A stretch of DNA of 64,000 bases, from assembly GCF_009914755.1 (NCBI RefSeq), contig NC_060947.1; one strand, given 5' to 3'. Shown piece by piece: positions 50,190 through 63,211 of the stretch (its first letter is position 1; the number at the start of each line of letters is the position of its first letter). The notes below the pieces were generated by a model. It saw only the letters and a program-made list of their open reading frames with translations. It was not told the DNA's origin and did not search any database. Position numbers and translations under genes: made by a program. The stretch is from the human T2T-CHM13v2.0 reference genome, Homo sapiens.

Positions 50190-50498
50190 GGCCGGGCGCG
50201 GTGGCTCATGCCTGTAATCCCAGTACATTGGGAGGCTGAGGCGGGTGGATTAAGAGGTCGGGAGATCAAGACCAACCTGGCTAACATGGTGAAACCCCGT
50301 CTCTACTAAAAATACAAAAAATTAGCCAGATGTGGCGGCGGGTGCCTGTAGTCCCAGCTACTCGGGAGGCTGAGGCAGGAGAATGGCGTGAACCTGGGAG
50401 GCAGAGCTTTCAGTGAGCCGAGATTGCACCACTGCACTCCAGCCTGGGGGACAGAGTGAGACTCCGTCTCAAAAAAAAAAAAAAAAAAAAAAAAAAAA
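50190..50498 (+). mobile_element. AluY
   Basis: ctggctaacatgg, gaatggcgtgaacc; TSD approximately aaaaaagcag..tag. Confidence 0.93.
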
Positions 50499-51295
50499 CA
50501 GAAAAAAGCAGTAGCTGTACTTATATAAAACAAAATAGATTTGAAGACAAAAACTATAAAAAGAAACAAAGAAGTCATTATATAATGACAAAGAAGTCAA
50601 TTCAGCAAGAGGATATAAGAATTGTAAATATATATGCATCCATTACTGGAGCACCCAGATATATAAAGCAAATATGATTCAAGCTAGAGAGAGATAGATT
50701 CCAAAACAATAATAGCTGAAGACCTACACATCACCCTTTCAGCACTGGACAGATCTGCCAGACAGAAAATCAGCAAAGAAACATCAGACTTAATCTGCAC
50801 TATAGACCAAATGGACCTCATAGATATTTACAGAACATTTCATCCAACGGCTGCAGAATACACATTCTTCTCCTCAGCACGTTAGGCTACAAAACAAGTC
50901 TTTCTGAAAACATCAAAGAAATCACCTGATATTATAGCAAGTATCTTCTCTGATCACAATGGAATAAAACTAGAAATCAATAACGATGAATTTTGGAAAC
51001 TGTAAGAACACATGGAAATTAAATAAGATATTCCTTAATGGCCAATAGGTCAATAAAGGGATTAAGAAGGAAATTGAAAAATTTCTTGAAACAAATGCTA
51101 ATGGAAACACAATATACCAAAACTTACGGGATACAGCGAAAATAGTACTAAGAGGGAAGTTTAAAGCTATAAGTGCCTATATCGAAAAAGAAGAACTTCA
51201 AATAAACATCTTTGAGGTGTGTCTTAAAGAATTAGAAATGCAAGAGCAAACCCAAACCAAATTAGTAGAAGAAAAGAAATAAAAATCAATGCAGA

Positions 51296-51589
<294 letters not shown>

Positions 51590-52023
51590 TCAATGCAGAA
51601 ATAAATAATAATAAATATATAATAAATAATCAGAGAGAAATAAATGAAAGTGAAAATAGAAAAGATCAATGAATCAAAAAGTCGGGGTTTTGAAAAGCTA
51701 AACAAAATTGACTAACCTTTAGGCTAAGAAAAAGAGAAGACCCATATGAATAAAATCAGACATGAAAATGGAGACATTACACCAATATTGCAGACGTTCC
51801 GAGGATCATTAGAAGCAACTATGAGCAACTATATGTAATAAATTGGAAAACATAGAAGAAATGAATAAATTCCTAGACATATACTGTCTACCAAGATTGA
51901 ACCATGAAAAAATCCAAAACATTAACAGACCAATGACAAGTAATCAGTCTCCTGGCTAAGAAGAGCCTGGGATCTGATGGCTTCACCATTGAATTCTACC
52001 AAACATTTAAAGAAGAACTACTA

Positions 52024-52565
52024 TAAATCATGCTGCTATAAAGACACATGCACACGTATGTTTATTGCGGCATTATTCACAATAGCAAAGACTTGGAACC
52101 AACCCAAATGTCCAACAATGATAGACTGGATTAAGAAAATGTGGCACATATACACCATGGAATACTACGCAGCCATAAAAAAGGATGAGTTCATGTCCTT
52201 TGTAGGGACATGGATGAAATTGGAAATCATCATTCTCAGTAAACTATCGCAAGAACAAAAAAGCAAGCACCGCATATTCTCACTCATAGGTGGGAATTGA
52301 ACAATGAGATCACATGGACACAGGAAGGGGAATATCACACTCTGGGGACTGTTGTGGGGTGGGGGGAGGGGGGAGGGATAGCATCGGGAGATATACCTAA
52401 TGCTAGATGACGAATTAGTGGGTGCAGCGCACCAGCATGGCACATGTATACATATGTAACTAACCTGCACAATGTGCACATGTACCCTAAAACTTAAAGT
52501 ATAATAAAAAAAATAAAAATAAAAAAATAAAAAATAAAAAATAAATAAATAAATAAATAAAAAAT
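52024..52565 (+). mobile_element. Young 5'-truncated L1 (L1PA2-like) nested in the older L1
   Basis: ORF2 C-terminus ...KLSQEQKSKHRIFSLIGGN, 3'UTR gcagcgcaccagcatggcac, long patterned poly-A, and perfect TSD aaagaagaactacta (52009-52023 / 52566-52580). Confidence 0.95.
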
Positions 52566-55199
52566 AAAGAAGAACTACTACCAATCCTACTCAAGCTAAT
52601 CTGAAAAATGGAGGAGTACAGAATACTTCTAAACTTATCCTATGAGGCCAGTGTTATCCTGATACTAAGACCAGACAAAGACATATGAAGAGAAAAAAAC
52701 TACAGGCTGATATCTTTGATCGACATTGATGTAAACATTCCAACAAAAATACTAGCAAGCGTAATTCAACAACACATTAGAAAGATCATTCATCACGACC
52801 AACTGGGATTTATCCCTACAATGCAAGAACGGTTTAACATGCAAATCAATCAATGTGATACATCATATCAACAGAATGAAGGATGCAAACCATATGATCA
52901 TTTCAATTGATGCTGAAAAAGCACTTGATAAAATTCCACATCCCTTCATGATTAAAACCATCAAAAAATGGGATAGAAGGAACATACGTCAACATAATAA
53001 AAACTATATACAGCAGTCCCACAGCTAGTATCATACTGAATGGGGAAAAGCTGAAAGCCCTTCCTCTATGATCTGGAACATGATAAGGATGCCCACTGTC
53101 ACTACGGATATTGAACATAGTACTGGAAGTCCTAGCTAGAGCAATCAGACAAGAGAATGATATAAAGGGCATCCAAATTGGAAAGAAAGAAGTCAAATTA
53201 TCCTTATTTTCAGATGATGTGATCTTATATTTAGAAAAAACTAAAGGCTTGACCAAAAAACCATTCAAACTGAAACATATTCAATAAAGTTGTAGGATTC
53301 AAGATCAACATACAAAAATCAGTAGCATTTCCATATCCCAACAGCATACAATCTGAAAAAAAATCAAGATAGTAATCTTATTTACAATGGCCACACATAA
53401 TAAATACCCAGAAATTAATGGTAACCAAAGAAGTGAACATTTCTATAATGAAAACTATTAAAACACTGATGAAAGAAATTGAAGAGGACACCAAAAAATG
53501 GAAAAATATTTCACGATCATGAATTGGAAGAATCAATATTATTAAAATGTTCGTAATACCCAAAGCAATCTATAGATTCAATGCAATCACCATGAAATAT
53601 CAATAACATTCTTCACAGAAAGAGAAAGAAACAATCCTTTGTGGAATCACCAAAGACCCAGAATAGCCAAAGCTATCCTATGCAAAATGAACAAATCTGG
53701 AGGAATCACATTTCCTGACTTCAAATTATACTACAGAGTTATAGTAATCAAAACAGCATGGTACTGGTATCAAAACAGACCCACAGAGCAGTGGAAAAGA
53801 ATAGAGAACCCAGAAACAAATCCACACACCTACAATGAGCTCATTTTTGACGAAGGTGTCAAGAACATACATTGGGGAAAGAACAGTCTCTTTAATAAAT
53901 GTCTTGGAATACTGGATATCCATATTCAGACAAATGAAGCTACACCCCTATCTCTCTCCAGATTTAAAAGTCAAATAAAAATGGATTAAAATCTTTAAGA
54001 CATCAAAATATGAAATTACTACAAGAAACTTTGGGGAAAATCTTCAGGACATTAGTCTGGGCAAAAATTTCCTGAGTAATACCCAACAAGTACAGGCAAC
54101 CAAAGCCAAAAATGGACAAATGGGATAACATCAAGTTAAAATACTTTTGCACAGCAAAGGAAACAATCAACAAAGTGAAGGGACAACCCATAGAATGGTA
54201 GAAAGTATATGCAAACTAACCATTTGACAAAGGATTAATAACTAGAATATATAAGGAGCTCAAATAACTGTATAGGAAAATATCTAATAATATGATTAAA
54301 AAATGGGCAAAACATCTAAATAGACATTTATAAAAGCACACGTACAAATGGCAAACAGTTACATGAAAATGGGCTCAACATTAGAAGGCCCTTGCTATGG
54401 AGCCAACTGGCCCTGAAACCTGTTAAGAGTTCAGGTTTGTGGATTCTTTCTGGATTGCTCCACATAAAGGGATATGGCAGAGTGCCAGCCCACTGAACAG
54501 GTTTTCTGATATTTTGCCTAGAAGTCCTTCTTGCCCAGGCAGAGCTGTCCCATCACAGAGCCCCATACCAGTGGGATGAGTCAGGTTCTCCAAATACCTT
54601 CTGCTTCAGTCTCAAAGATATTGGCTAAAACTTCCACCATTAAGTCCTGCTTTGAGGTTTTTTGGAGATGTATTCAATTTATCTTGATTAAGCAAGTATG
54701 TTATTTGAGAGAGATAACAAATGAATGGGGATTATGTAATGATTAATTCATTAGCAGACACTGACTCACCCAACAGAAAATGGGGTCCTGGGAGACCTTC
54801 ACTTACATTGGACCTGAGGTTGGTAAGGCTGGATGCAGTTGGTGGTACAGCATGGGGAGGGAGTGGTAGGGTGCATCAGGCAGGAATCATTTTGTAAATG
54901 TGGGCTTAGAAAATGGAAACTCATTTTAGAATCTGATGAGCAGAAGATAATTAGGGAAGTTAAATCTGCTGGAAAAAAAATGAAAAAAAAATACATGACA
55001 CCTTTCAAAGCCAAATCGAAATAATTCTTGGATTATTCACAGTTTTAAATGAGCTGTACCATGGCTGGACCTTCTTTGGTACTGAGCCCAGAAAGTAGAG
55101 TCTGTCAGTGGGCAGAGCTGTCCAGGAAGCCTTTAAGGACTGCTAGAAGGACTTGGGATTCCCTGCCTCTATCTGTCTTTTATGCCATCAAACTCCATA

Positions 55200-55490
55200 T
55201 GGCACACCCCTCCTATTTAGGTCTTATCTGTTCTTCAAGGTCCAGTTCAACAACTACCTCTTGTTTGAGACCATTTCCGTCTACTGCAGTATATAGTGCC
55301 TTTCCTCCTTCTGAACACCATAGTAGATGCAGACGGGTATTTGCTTATAGAGAATCTTTTCATGGATTCACATTCTGTCTCTCTGCCTGGAAGAGGAGCT
55401 CTTGGAGGACAGGGTCCATTGCTCATTCATGTTTGTAACCCCATATCACCTGCCACAGAGTCTGCTCTCAATAAATGGTTGAAATCTTGT
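55200..55490 (+). mobile_element. L2 3' end
   Basis: ttcttcaaggtccagttcaa...cacctgccacagag...ctcaataaatggttgaa. Confidence 0.65.
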
Positions 55491-55559
55491 CTGTGCAAAC
55501 TTGCAATTTTACCTTTGCCAGTGAAAACACATCTAGGAATTTTTTTCTTTTAACATTTT

Positions 55560-56100
55560 CATTTATTATAAGTGAGCCACATGACATATAACTACATTGT
55601 CATTGTAAAATTTGAAATGATGAAGATAGTGTTAAATTCCCCTTGACTTTTATCATTCTTTTCATCCCAGTCTTCTTTCTAGAGATAATCACAGTTCATA
55701 ATTTGGTAGGGAATCTTCCAGTCATTTATCTCTGCATTCAGTACATACATGCAATAGAGATTATAGAGTGTATGCGTTTTCCTACAAATGGATGTTTTAT
55801 CTATTATTTCGCAGCTTGTTTTTAAAATTTAATGACTTATCTTCGGTGTCTTCCAAGGTTAGTAAATGAAGATTTACTTCATTCTTTTAATGAATGAGGC
55901 ATGGTGCTTTACACAATAAATACATTGATCCCCTTTTCACCAATATTTAGCTTTTTTCTAACTTTTGTCTTTGTTAATACAAAAAAACAGTAATGAAAAA
56001 TCCTTTTAAACAGCTCCTTAGCACACAATGTGTGTGTTCTTTAGAGCAAATATAAAAATTTGGAATTTCTGTGTCATAGGGTATGTGTTTTTAACAAAAT
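55560..56100 (-). mobile_element. Old L1M 3' fragment
   Basis: T-rich antisense L1ME/MC-like motifs. Confidence 0.5.
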
Positions 56101-56741
56101 TATAATGAAACCTTCCAGTGTGGATCCTATAGCTCTTTCTAACCTATGCGGAAGCAGCTGGCAGTGTTTGTCTCCCTGAGACACACTGCTTATAGCATCA
56201 ATGGGATTACTTTAAAAAAATTCTTGTCAACGAGGAGACAGTAAAACATTTATACTAGTCATTTCCTGGGTTTTATTGCTGCTATTTGAATACTCCGAAA
56301 CAGCAGGATTTTATTGCCATGGTACAGCCCTAGGTGGAATTCAGAGTGGTTTTGGAGGTTTTAAAGCCACACAGCAGCTACAGCAGTAGCAGGCAAGGTG
56401 GGGCTACTACCAAATAACTTTCTCGTGGGCTTTATTACCACAGGGGTCTGATTGCTCCACTCTGTTCTCCAGAATGTCAACTGGCAAACAGGTGTTAGTC
56501 TTGACAGGTGGTAAGTGAATGAGTTCAGAAGGTTTAGGGACACATTTTTCCATACTTGTGAAAAACAGCCAAAAGCCCACCCTTGTCATCTGGGAGGTGG
56601 TAAGCCATGTTGGAATACAGACTCTGACCCAGACCAGTGAACATTAACATTAGCAGTACTTCAAAAATAAATGCACTTCACTTAGCATAATGTCCTCCAG
56701 GTTGATCCCTGTTGTGGCTAGCGGCAGGATCTTTTTTAAGA

Positions 56742-56872
56742 CATATATATATATATACACATACATACATACACACACATATATATATGAATTATATATA
56801 ATATATAATTATTATAAGTGATTATAATGTAATATATAATTATAAATAATATATATAATTATATATAATTTC
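56742..56872. repeat. (TA)/(CA)/AT-rich low-complexity repeat
   Basis: Seen directly in the sequence. Confidence 0.9.
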
Positions 56873-56959
56873 TTGATGGACATTTCATAATCCAGATACA
56901 GAAAGAAAAACTATTGTATGATCCTACTTATGCAGAATATTTTTAAAAGAGCTCAAATA

Positions 56960-57258
56960 GGCTGAGTGCAGTGGCTCATGCCTGTAATTCCAACACTCTG
57001 GGAGGCCAAGGCGGGAGGACCGCTTGAGCCCATGAGTTCAATACCGGTCTTGGCAACATAGCGATACCCTGTCTCTTCAGAAAATTAAAAAAATTAGCCA
57101 GACATGGTCATGCATGCCTGTGATCTGAGCTACTTGGGAGGCTGAGGCAGGAGAATCGCCTGAACCCATGGGTTCAAGTTTGCCGTGAGCTGTGGTTGCC
57201 CCACTGCACTCCAGCCTGAGTGACAAAGTGAGATCCTGTCTCTAAAATAAAAATAAAT
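56960..57258 (+). mobile_element. AluJ
   Basis: Diverged Alu dimer; TSD agctcaa. Confidence 0.92.
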
Positions 57259-57812
57259 CTAGCTCAAGTGCACAGATAGAGAATTAAACAATGGTTACCG
57301 CAGGCAGGGCCCAGGGGAGATGGGGAAGGGAAACAGGAAACAGGGAGATGTAGCTCAAGGGATATGTAGGATGAACAAGTTTGGAGACCTCATGTACAAC
57401 TCGAGTACTAAAATTCACAAAATTGTATTGTATTAGGGTTTTTTGTTAAATAAGTAAAATCTAAGTGTGTGAGATGATAGATATGTTGATCTGCTTCACT
57501 ATAGTAACCAATTTACTATCTATATGTATTGTATAGCAGCTATGTTGAAAACCTCAAATATACACAAAATTTATTAAAAAAAATTAAAAAGCAGTTCCAT
57601 CAAAATGATTATAAGATTAAATTTTGTGGCAATCTTGGAAATGTGACTATGCACCAGGTTTTATCAAGGAATTGTTAATTTTATTTGATGTGAAATATCA
57701 TTATGAATGAGTAATAAAAATGTATTACAGTTAGAGATGCATACTGAAGTATGTAGGGGCTCAATGACATCCTTGAGATTTATTTTAAAATACTTTAGAA
57801 ATAAAGAAACAG

Positions 57813-57968
57813 GGCCGGGCATGGTGGCTCCCACCTTTAATTCTAGCACTTTGGGAGACCTAGGCTGGAGGATCACTTGTGGCCATCCTCAGGGTTCAGG
57901 GTTACAGCTGTGATCACTCCATCCTGGGAGACAGATTGAGGATATGTCACATAAAAAAAAAATAAATA
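57813..57968 (+). mobile_element. Degenerate Alu monomer (FAM/FRAM-like or internally deleted), inside an old L1M 3' end
   Basis: ggccgggcatggtggctc start, A tail; TSD aaataa(a/g)gaaaca. Confidence 0.75.
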
Positions 57969-58469
57969 AGGAAACAACATAACTAAAGCACGTGTTGCAA
58001 CATTTTGTTCCTTGTTGCTCTCATTGATAGATCTTTATGAGGTCAGTTACAGTATTCTCTCCACACTTTTGTATGTTTGAAAATATTCATAATGCATTTT
58101 CACAAAGAAAGCATGATAAAGACCCACTTGGAGAAAAGGCACACCTAGAGCAACTTAACTAAAGAGGCTATGGATTCATCTTCTGATACAATTTGTAATG
58201 TACAGTCGATTATTCTATTTTCTGATGAGATTTATTTCAATCTGTCCAAAAGACTGGGGCTGGTCTGGATGACCTTCAAAGACCCACTTTGGCATTCTGT
58301 TCCATGTTAACCCAGGCCCATGTGCATCTATACGGAAACCCAAGGTAAGAAAATCTGAATTCTTCAAAGTTGTAAGACTCTAGGGCCTTTTTTTAAAAAA
58401 TTAAAAATTCACTGTTTCTTTGAGAACTTATTTAAATATCCAGCTTCCTCTTTGTTTGTTGATTGGATT

Positions 58470-59600
58470 TTTAAAAAACATACAGTCAAATAATTATACT
58501 TACCAGAGTGTATATAACATGTGTGTACATTTTAAAGAATGAAAATGGAGGGAAATAAAATGAGCACTTCACTCCCAGCTTAGGAAAAGAGAACATTGCC
58601 ACTATTTCTGAAGTCACCTGTCTGCTCTGAGTGTATCCCTCTTGTCACCTGGCAGTAACTGCTACTCTGAAATTCAGAAAAATCATTCCCTTGATTTTCT
58701 TTACTTTTATCACACATATGTAATACTCTCAAAATTCATATAAGTTAAATCATACTGTATATGTACTGTTCCTTTGCTCAATGTTATGTCGTTGAGAACC
58801 TTTCATGTTGATGCATGTGGCTGTAGTTCATTATAAGTACTGTGTGACACTCAATGGTATAACTATCATGGAATTTACTTATCTTTTTTGATTTGTTTAG
58901 TAACTTGGGCTATTGCCAGGTGTGGTTTTCATATTAAAAGTATTGATGTTATAGATATTATTTTGCATATTTTCCACTGCACATATATAAGAGTTCTTCT
59001 CTGTCTATAGCTAGGAAAGGAGTTGTTTGGTTGGTAATATATTCTGTATATATTCTACCGGTGTTCAGCTGGAATTTTTCCAGAGATGATTTGCATTTGT
59101 TTCTGCCAGTAGCCTGGAGGTTATTACCAACCTTGGACCACTTTTAGTTCAATTTTTTGTTTGAGGTTTTTTGGACAGGCAGCATGAATCCCAACCAGAA
59201 ACCCACATGAGGGTCAGACTGCAGTTACAAATTCTCAGGGAAATGCTTCTTTTTTGGAACTACTTTTGCTTACAGTCCAGAGCCCTAAGGTAGTTGTTAT
59301 TCTGTGTTTTGTCCTGAATTTATCATTATTATCTGTGAGAGAGTCAATTTGTTAGAAACTCACTTCTCCTTACCGGCCATAATATATTGTTGAGTGAAAA
59401 AATTAAGGTACAAAATAGCATAAATGAAGTGATTTTATAGGTTAGCGAAATCTGGAAGTGTATAAACAACTTTTTAGAGAAGTGACATTACAATGTACTT
59501 TTACTATTTACTTTCTATACATTTGTATTGTTTGAATGTTCATGAAGATCATGTATTACCTCTATAATCACAAAAACATTAAAGATATTTCTATTTTGCC
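58470..59600. mobile_element. Old L1ME/HAL1-like fragments
   Basis: Antisense L1ME 3' motifs (tttcatgttgatgcatgtggctgtagttcatt) and tgcatttgtttctgccag...ggaccactttt. Confidence 0.55.
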
Positions 59601-61279
59601 AATAGAAAGTGTTGCTCCCAGAATAGGCTCTAATCTTTCATTAAAATTACAATGTACATTTAAGGAAGGATGCTGCCTCTCCTAGGGGTATATGAATCCT
59701 AAGGCATCTGTCTAAAAGTGACAGTTTTAATCCAGGGTGTTTAGATCTTTGTCATTTTGGGTCAATGCATGACTTTTCAGGAGTGGCACCTTCCCCAGCT
59801 CCAGAGTAACTCTTTTGGCATGGGTCTACATTGAGGTAGTTTATAGGTTAAACCTTTTGAACTAACTGTTCTCTTTCCTTGGGAGCTATCCCAGTGTTGC
59901 TTTGCTTCTGGTAGAACAGTAACCTGGAAGATGTTAGTGTTGGCAGTAGGATGAATCCTTTTCCATGTGCTCTTATAAGAATAATGTCCTTCAGGGCTTC
60001 TTATTGGACCTGGAGAAAAGTGTAAAGTGGGAAAAGTTGTCTTCCAGCCCCCTTTCCCAAACCCTGGATGAGAGCTGCTTCTGGAGCCCAGTTCCCTGAT
60101 TTTTCCCACACTGTATTGACAAATTCTGGTCTGTCTTCTTGGCTTCTCCCTGCGTCCCACAACCTTCCAGACCCCTGTGTTTTTTCATACCCCCTCCAGG
60201 CCCCATGCTTCTGAGGTGACAGCAAGCCAAAGTGACACAGACCGCCATGCAAATGTAGTTGTGGGTGTCACTGGGTACCCAGGTGTTGCTACATGATTTC
60301 TCTCATTTTAACATATCTTCATTAAACATAGCCTTACCCCAAAGAAGTGATTTTAATAGTTGGGAATTCAAGCACAATGGCTGGCTGGTATGCTATGGGA
60401 ATGTTCCGGGTAAACAGGCAGGAAGGCAACATAGTCCTAAAACAATGGTGAAGTTTCAGGGTATAGGGTGAGAGACGTGGAAGATGGAATGAGCTAAGCC
60501 TGGCAGTAAAAGTTTCTAGGAAGCCTGGGTGACTTCTAGTAACTCTCTGCTTGATCTTACTCATTGACCAGGACTTGTTTTTTATGTAAATCACATAGCT
60601 GTAGCCCTTTCCTCTCCACTGGCAAGAAGACAGCTCTAGAATTGATGAACCCTGTAGGCTAAAAATGATCATTCTCCTAGTCGTTCCTGCAGGAAAATAG
60701 CAGCTGGACTGATTGCTACACTGGGTTATTTGTCTGTATAGAGACTCGTATAGCAAAATCCTGGAGAGTAGGGTGTCATCAGACAGGATTTGCCTTCATC
60801 TGAGGCCAGATCTTTACTATAACTGGTTCAGAAAATGCCTGAACTGCTCTCCTGACTCCCCTTCAGGAGAACAGAAGATGTTCTGTTGTCTCCCAGTCAC
60901 CATCACCAAACCCCCTTTGAGGCTTGCAGCTCCTGCTTCTCCTTTTGAATTCCTTCACTGTGTCCTTAGCGCATCCTTATCACTACATCCACCCCTTCTC
61001 CACAGTCCTCTGCATGCCAATGCATCTTTTCCTCATTCTGTATCTTTGTAAAGAGAAGGAATGCTCCACTTTTCACCTCTTGTACAAAACTAACCTCAGG
61101 CGCTCTTTGGAAAATTCCCCGATTTTATTCCTTCTGTTTTTCTGCATCCTCAACCTTTTTGCTTCCCTCATTTTATTTTCCTTGGCTTGAAAGAAGGCTT
61201 AGGGATGATTACCCTGTGTAAATAAAATAGATGCCTTTCCTGAAAACACTTTCCCCTGTTGGGGGAACAGGAAGAATGA

Positions 61280-61500
61280 TTTTCCCCCTAAAGCTGCTCT
61301 TCTCTCTCTATCCTTTTCTTCCCTGACAAATTGCTTAAAAGACTGGCCTACATTTCCTGCCTCTGCTGCTTTTCCACCTACTCGACTCAACCCACTGCAG
61401 GGTGGCTTCCGCCTTCACCACTCCACTGGAACTGCTCTTTTAAAAGTCACCAATGGCCGCATGGATGTTCAAACTAGTGGCCTCTTTTTTAGCCTTTGGT
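61280..61500 (+). mobile_element. L2 fragment
   Basis: ctcaacccactgc...ccactccactggaactgctctt...gtcaccaatgg. Confidence 0.7.
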
Positions 61501-63211
61501 TTAATTAAGGAAGGCTTCCTAGGTACACTGATGTTCTCACTCACTGGCCAAATACAAAAGGCCTAGTCTCTATTTCTGAGGAAGAAATGAGAACTTGTGA
61601 TGACGAAGCTTATTCCTGGAATGGCACCATGGTATGGGGGTGGTGGGGGTAGGGAGGAGCTGTGGGCTTGCTTTCTTTTCTGTGTTTAAAAATAAACTAG
61701 GCATTCATTCTTTCATTGATTTATTTGACAAATACTTTTGTGTATCTGCCACGTGGCAGTATCGCTACCCCCAACTCTCTGGAATGTGGTGAGGCTCCTT
61801 TCTGTTCCTGTAAGGACTAAGAGACAGGTAGACCCACAGAATGTCTTTGTATTTAAGCTACCAGTGGCAGACCGTGTAGGCTAAGCAATCAGTTGCCATA
61901 CCAGCTTGCCACTCATCCAGAGCAATGCTCACTTACCTGTGGATGAATTTTAAAAGCTTCACTCTAAGATACAAAATTATCCACATTGCATCATTTTTAA
62001 AAAATACCACTAGGATGAAGTGGGAGGAATGATCTGAGTGTAATTTATTTGAAAACTTGGTTCTGTCAGAGGGAATTTAAGTTAATGTTAATAACAGAGC
62101 CTCTTGAAAAGAGGTCAAGGGGGTAACGTCGCTTTAAAAAATTCTGTTTCATAATCCTGTTAGTTTAGAAGGAGGAGGAGTTCAGTTTGTCTGAAGGAGA
62201 CAAGGGGGAGCCACGGCCTCAGGTCCTTGCTTTGAACTTTTGAGCTTCTTAGCAAAGGGAATCAATATTCAGAAAGATTTCACTACAAGTTGCAAGAACT
62301 TGGACTCTTCGTTCAACGTGATTATTTCCTACCCTCTAGCTGTCCATAAGAGAATCTCTTAAACACGCTGTTCAGGCCTGATCAAAACATTAGCCAAGCC
62401 TTATGATGTCTGGACATGCTAGGCAACACGGGAGTCATTAATCAGGGGGTTACTGACAGATGTTAAGTACAAGCATCTGTATGTTAAGATTTTTCTTTTA
62501 CTGATTAACACATAACGGGGCCTGAGGCCTGGAAAAAGGGATAAAACATATTTGGAGATGTGCAGTGCAGGCAGAGTTGACCCAGATTCAGGAACCAGAA
62601 GATAAAATGCAAAGTGGGAATCTTGACATTAGTAAGTGAATTTGAACAGTATTAAACATCTTAATTCTCCTAATGATCCTGAATGTTTTAAGGATAATTA
62701 AGGTTAACTAAAATAAATAGGCCTGCTCGTTCAAGTGCACATGGTGAGCATATTCTTAGGAAATGAAATTATCCATTTTTGTTTCCCAGGTAAGAATTAA
62801 TTTATAGAAAGAATCCACCAGCAGAAAATTTTTTTTAATACTCGGTTTAAGTAGGTACCAATTCCTTAGAAATTTTCTCAGTAACCAGGAAGAAAGTTCC
62901 TATATTATTATGCCAGTGTAATAGACCAGCATGTTAGTCACTTAAGTCTAGAGGAAATGAATTTATTACAGTGTAATCTGTGCTATTAAGTACTCGGGGA
63001 TCACCATTAAGCTATAAATCAGTGTCACTGTTGATTCAGGGGAAAAAAAAACCAGTAACGAGTCTTCACAGGTTTTTCTCACAGACCCACAGGAATCTAG
63101 AAAAAATGAGAAAAACCTCAACCTTGGGGTTTAATGTACATGCAATATGACTGCTATATAAGGAAGAATAAAAGTCCCTTCAGGGTAGTATATTTTAACT
63201 CCAATTACATG

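Larger units (their letters stand above)
56676..57590 (+). mobile_element. L1MA-family 3' end with an inverted 5' piece, interrupted by an AT-rich repeat and an AluJ
   Basis: Antisense cacttagcataatgtcctccagg (56676-56885), then sense ataatccagatacagaaag...tcactatagtaacc...poly-A. Confidence 0.75.

Noticed and set aside
58250-58350. Possible coding exon ending CAAG|GTAAGA
   Set aside because: Weak acceptor; the first half resembles a MIR3-like tail (ggctggtctggatgaccttcaaag); peptide not recognised.
59777-60252. Overlapping minus-strand ORFs as a processed pseudogene
   Set aside because: No recognisable protein similarity, poly-A tail or TSD.
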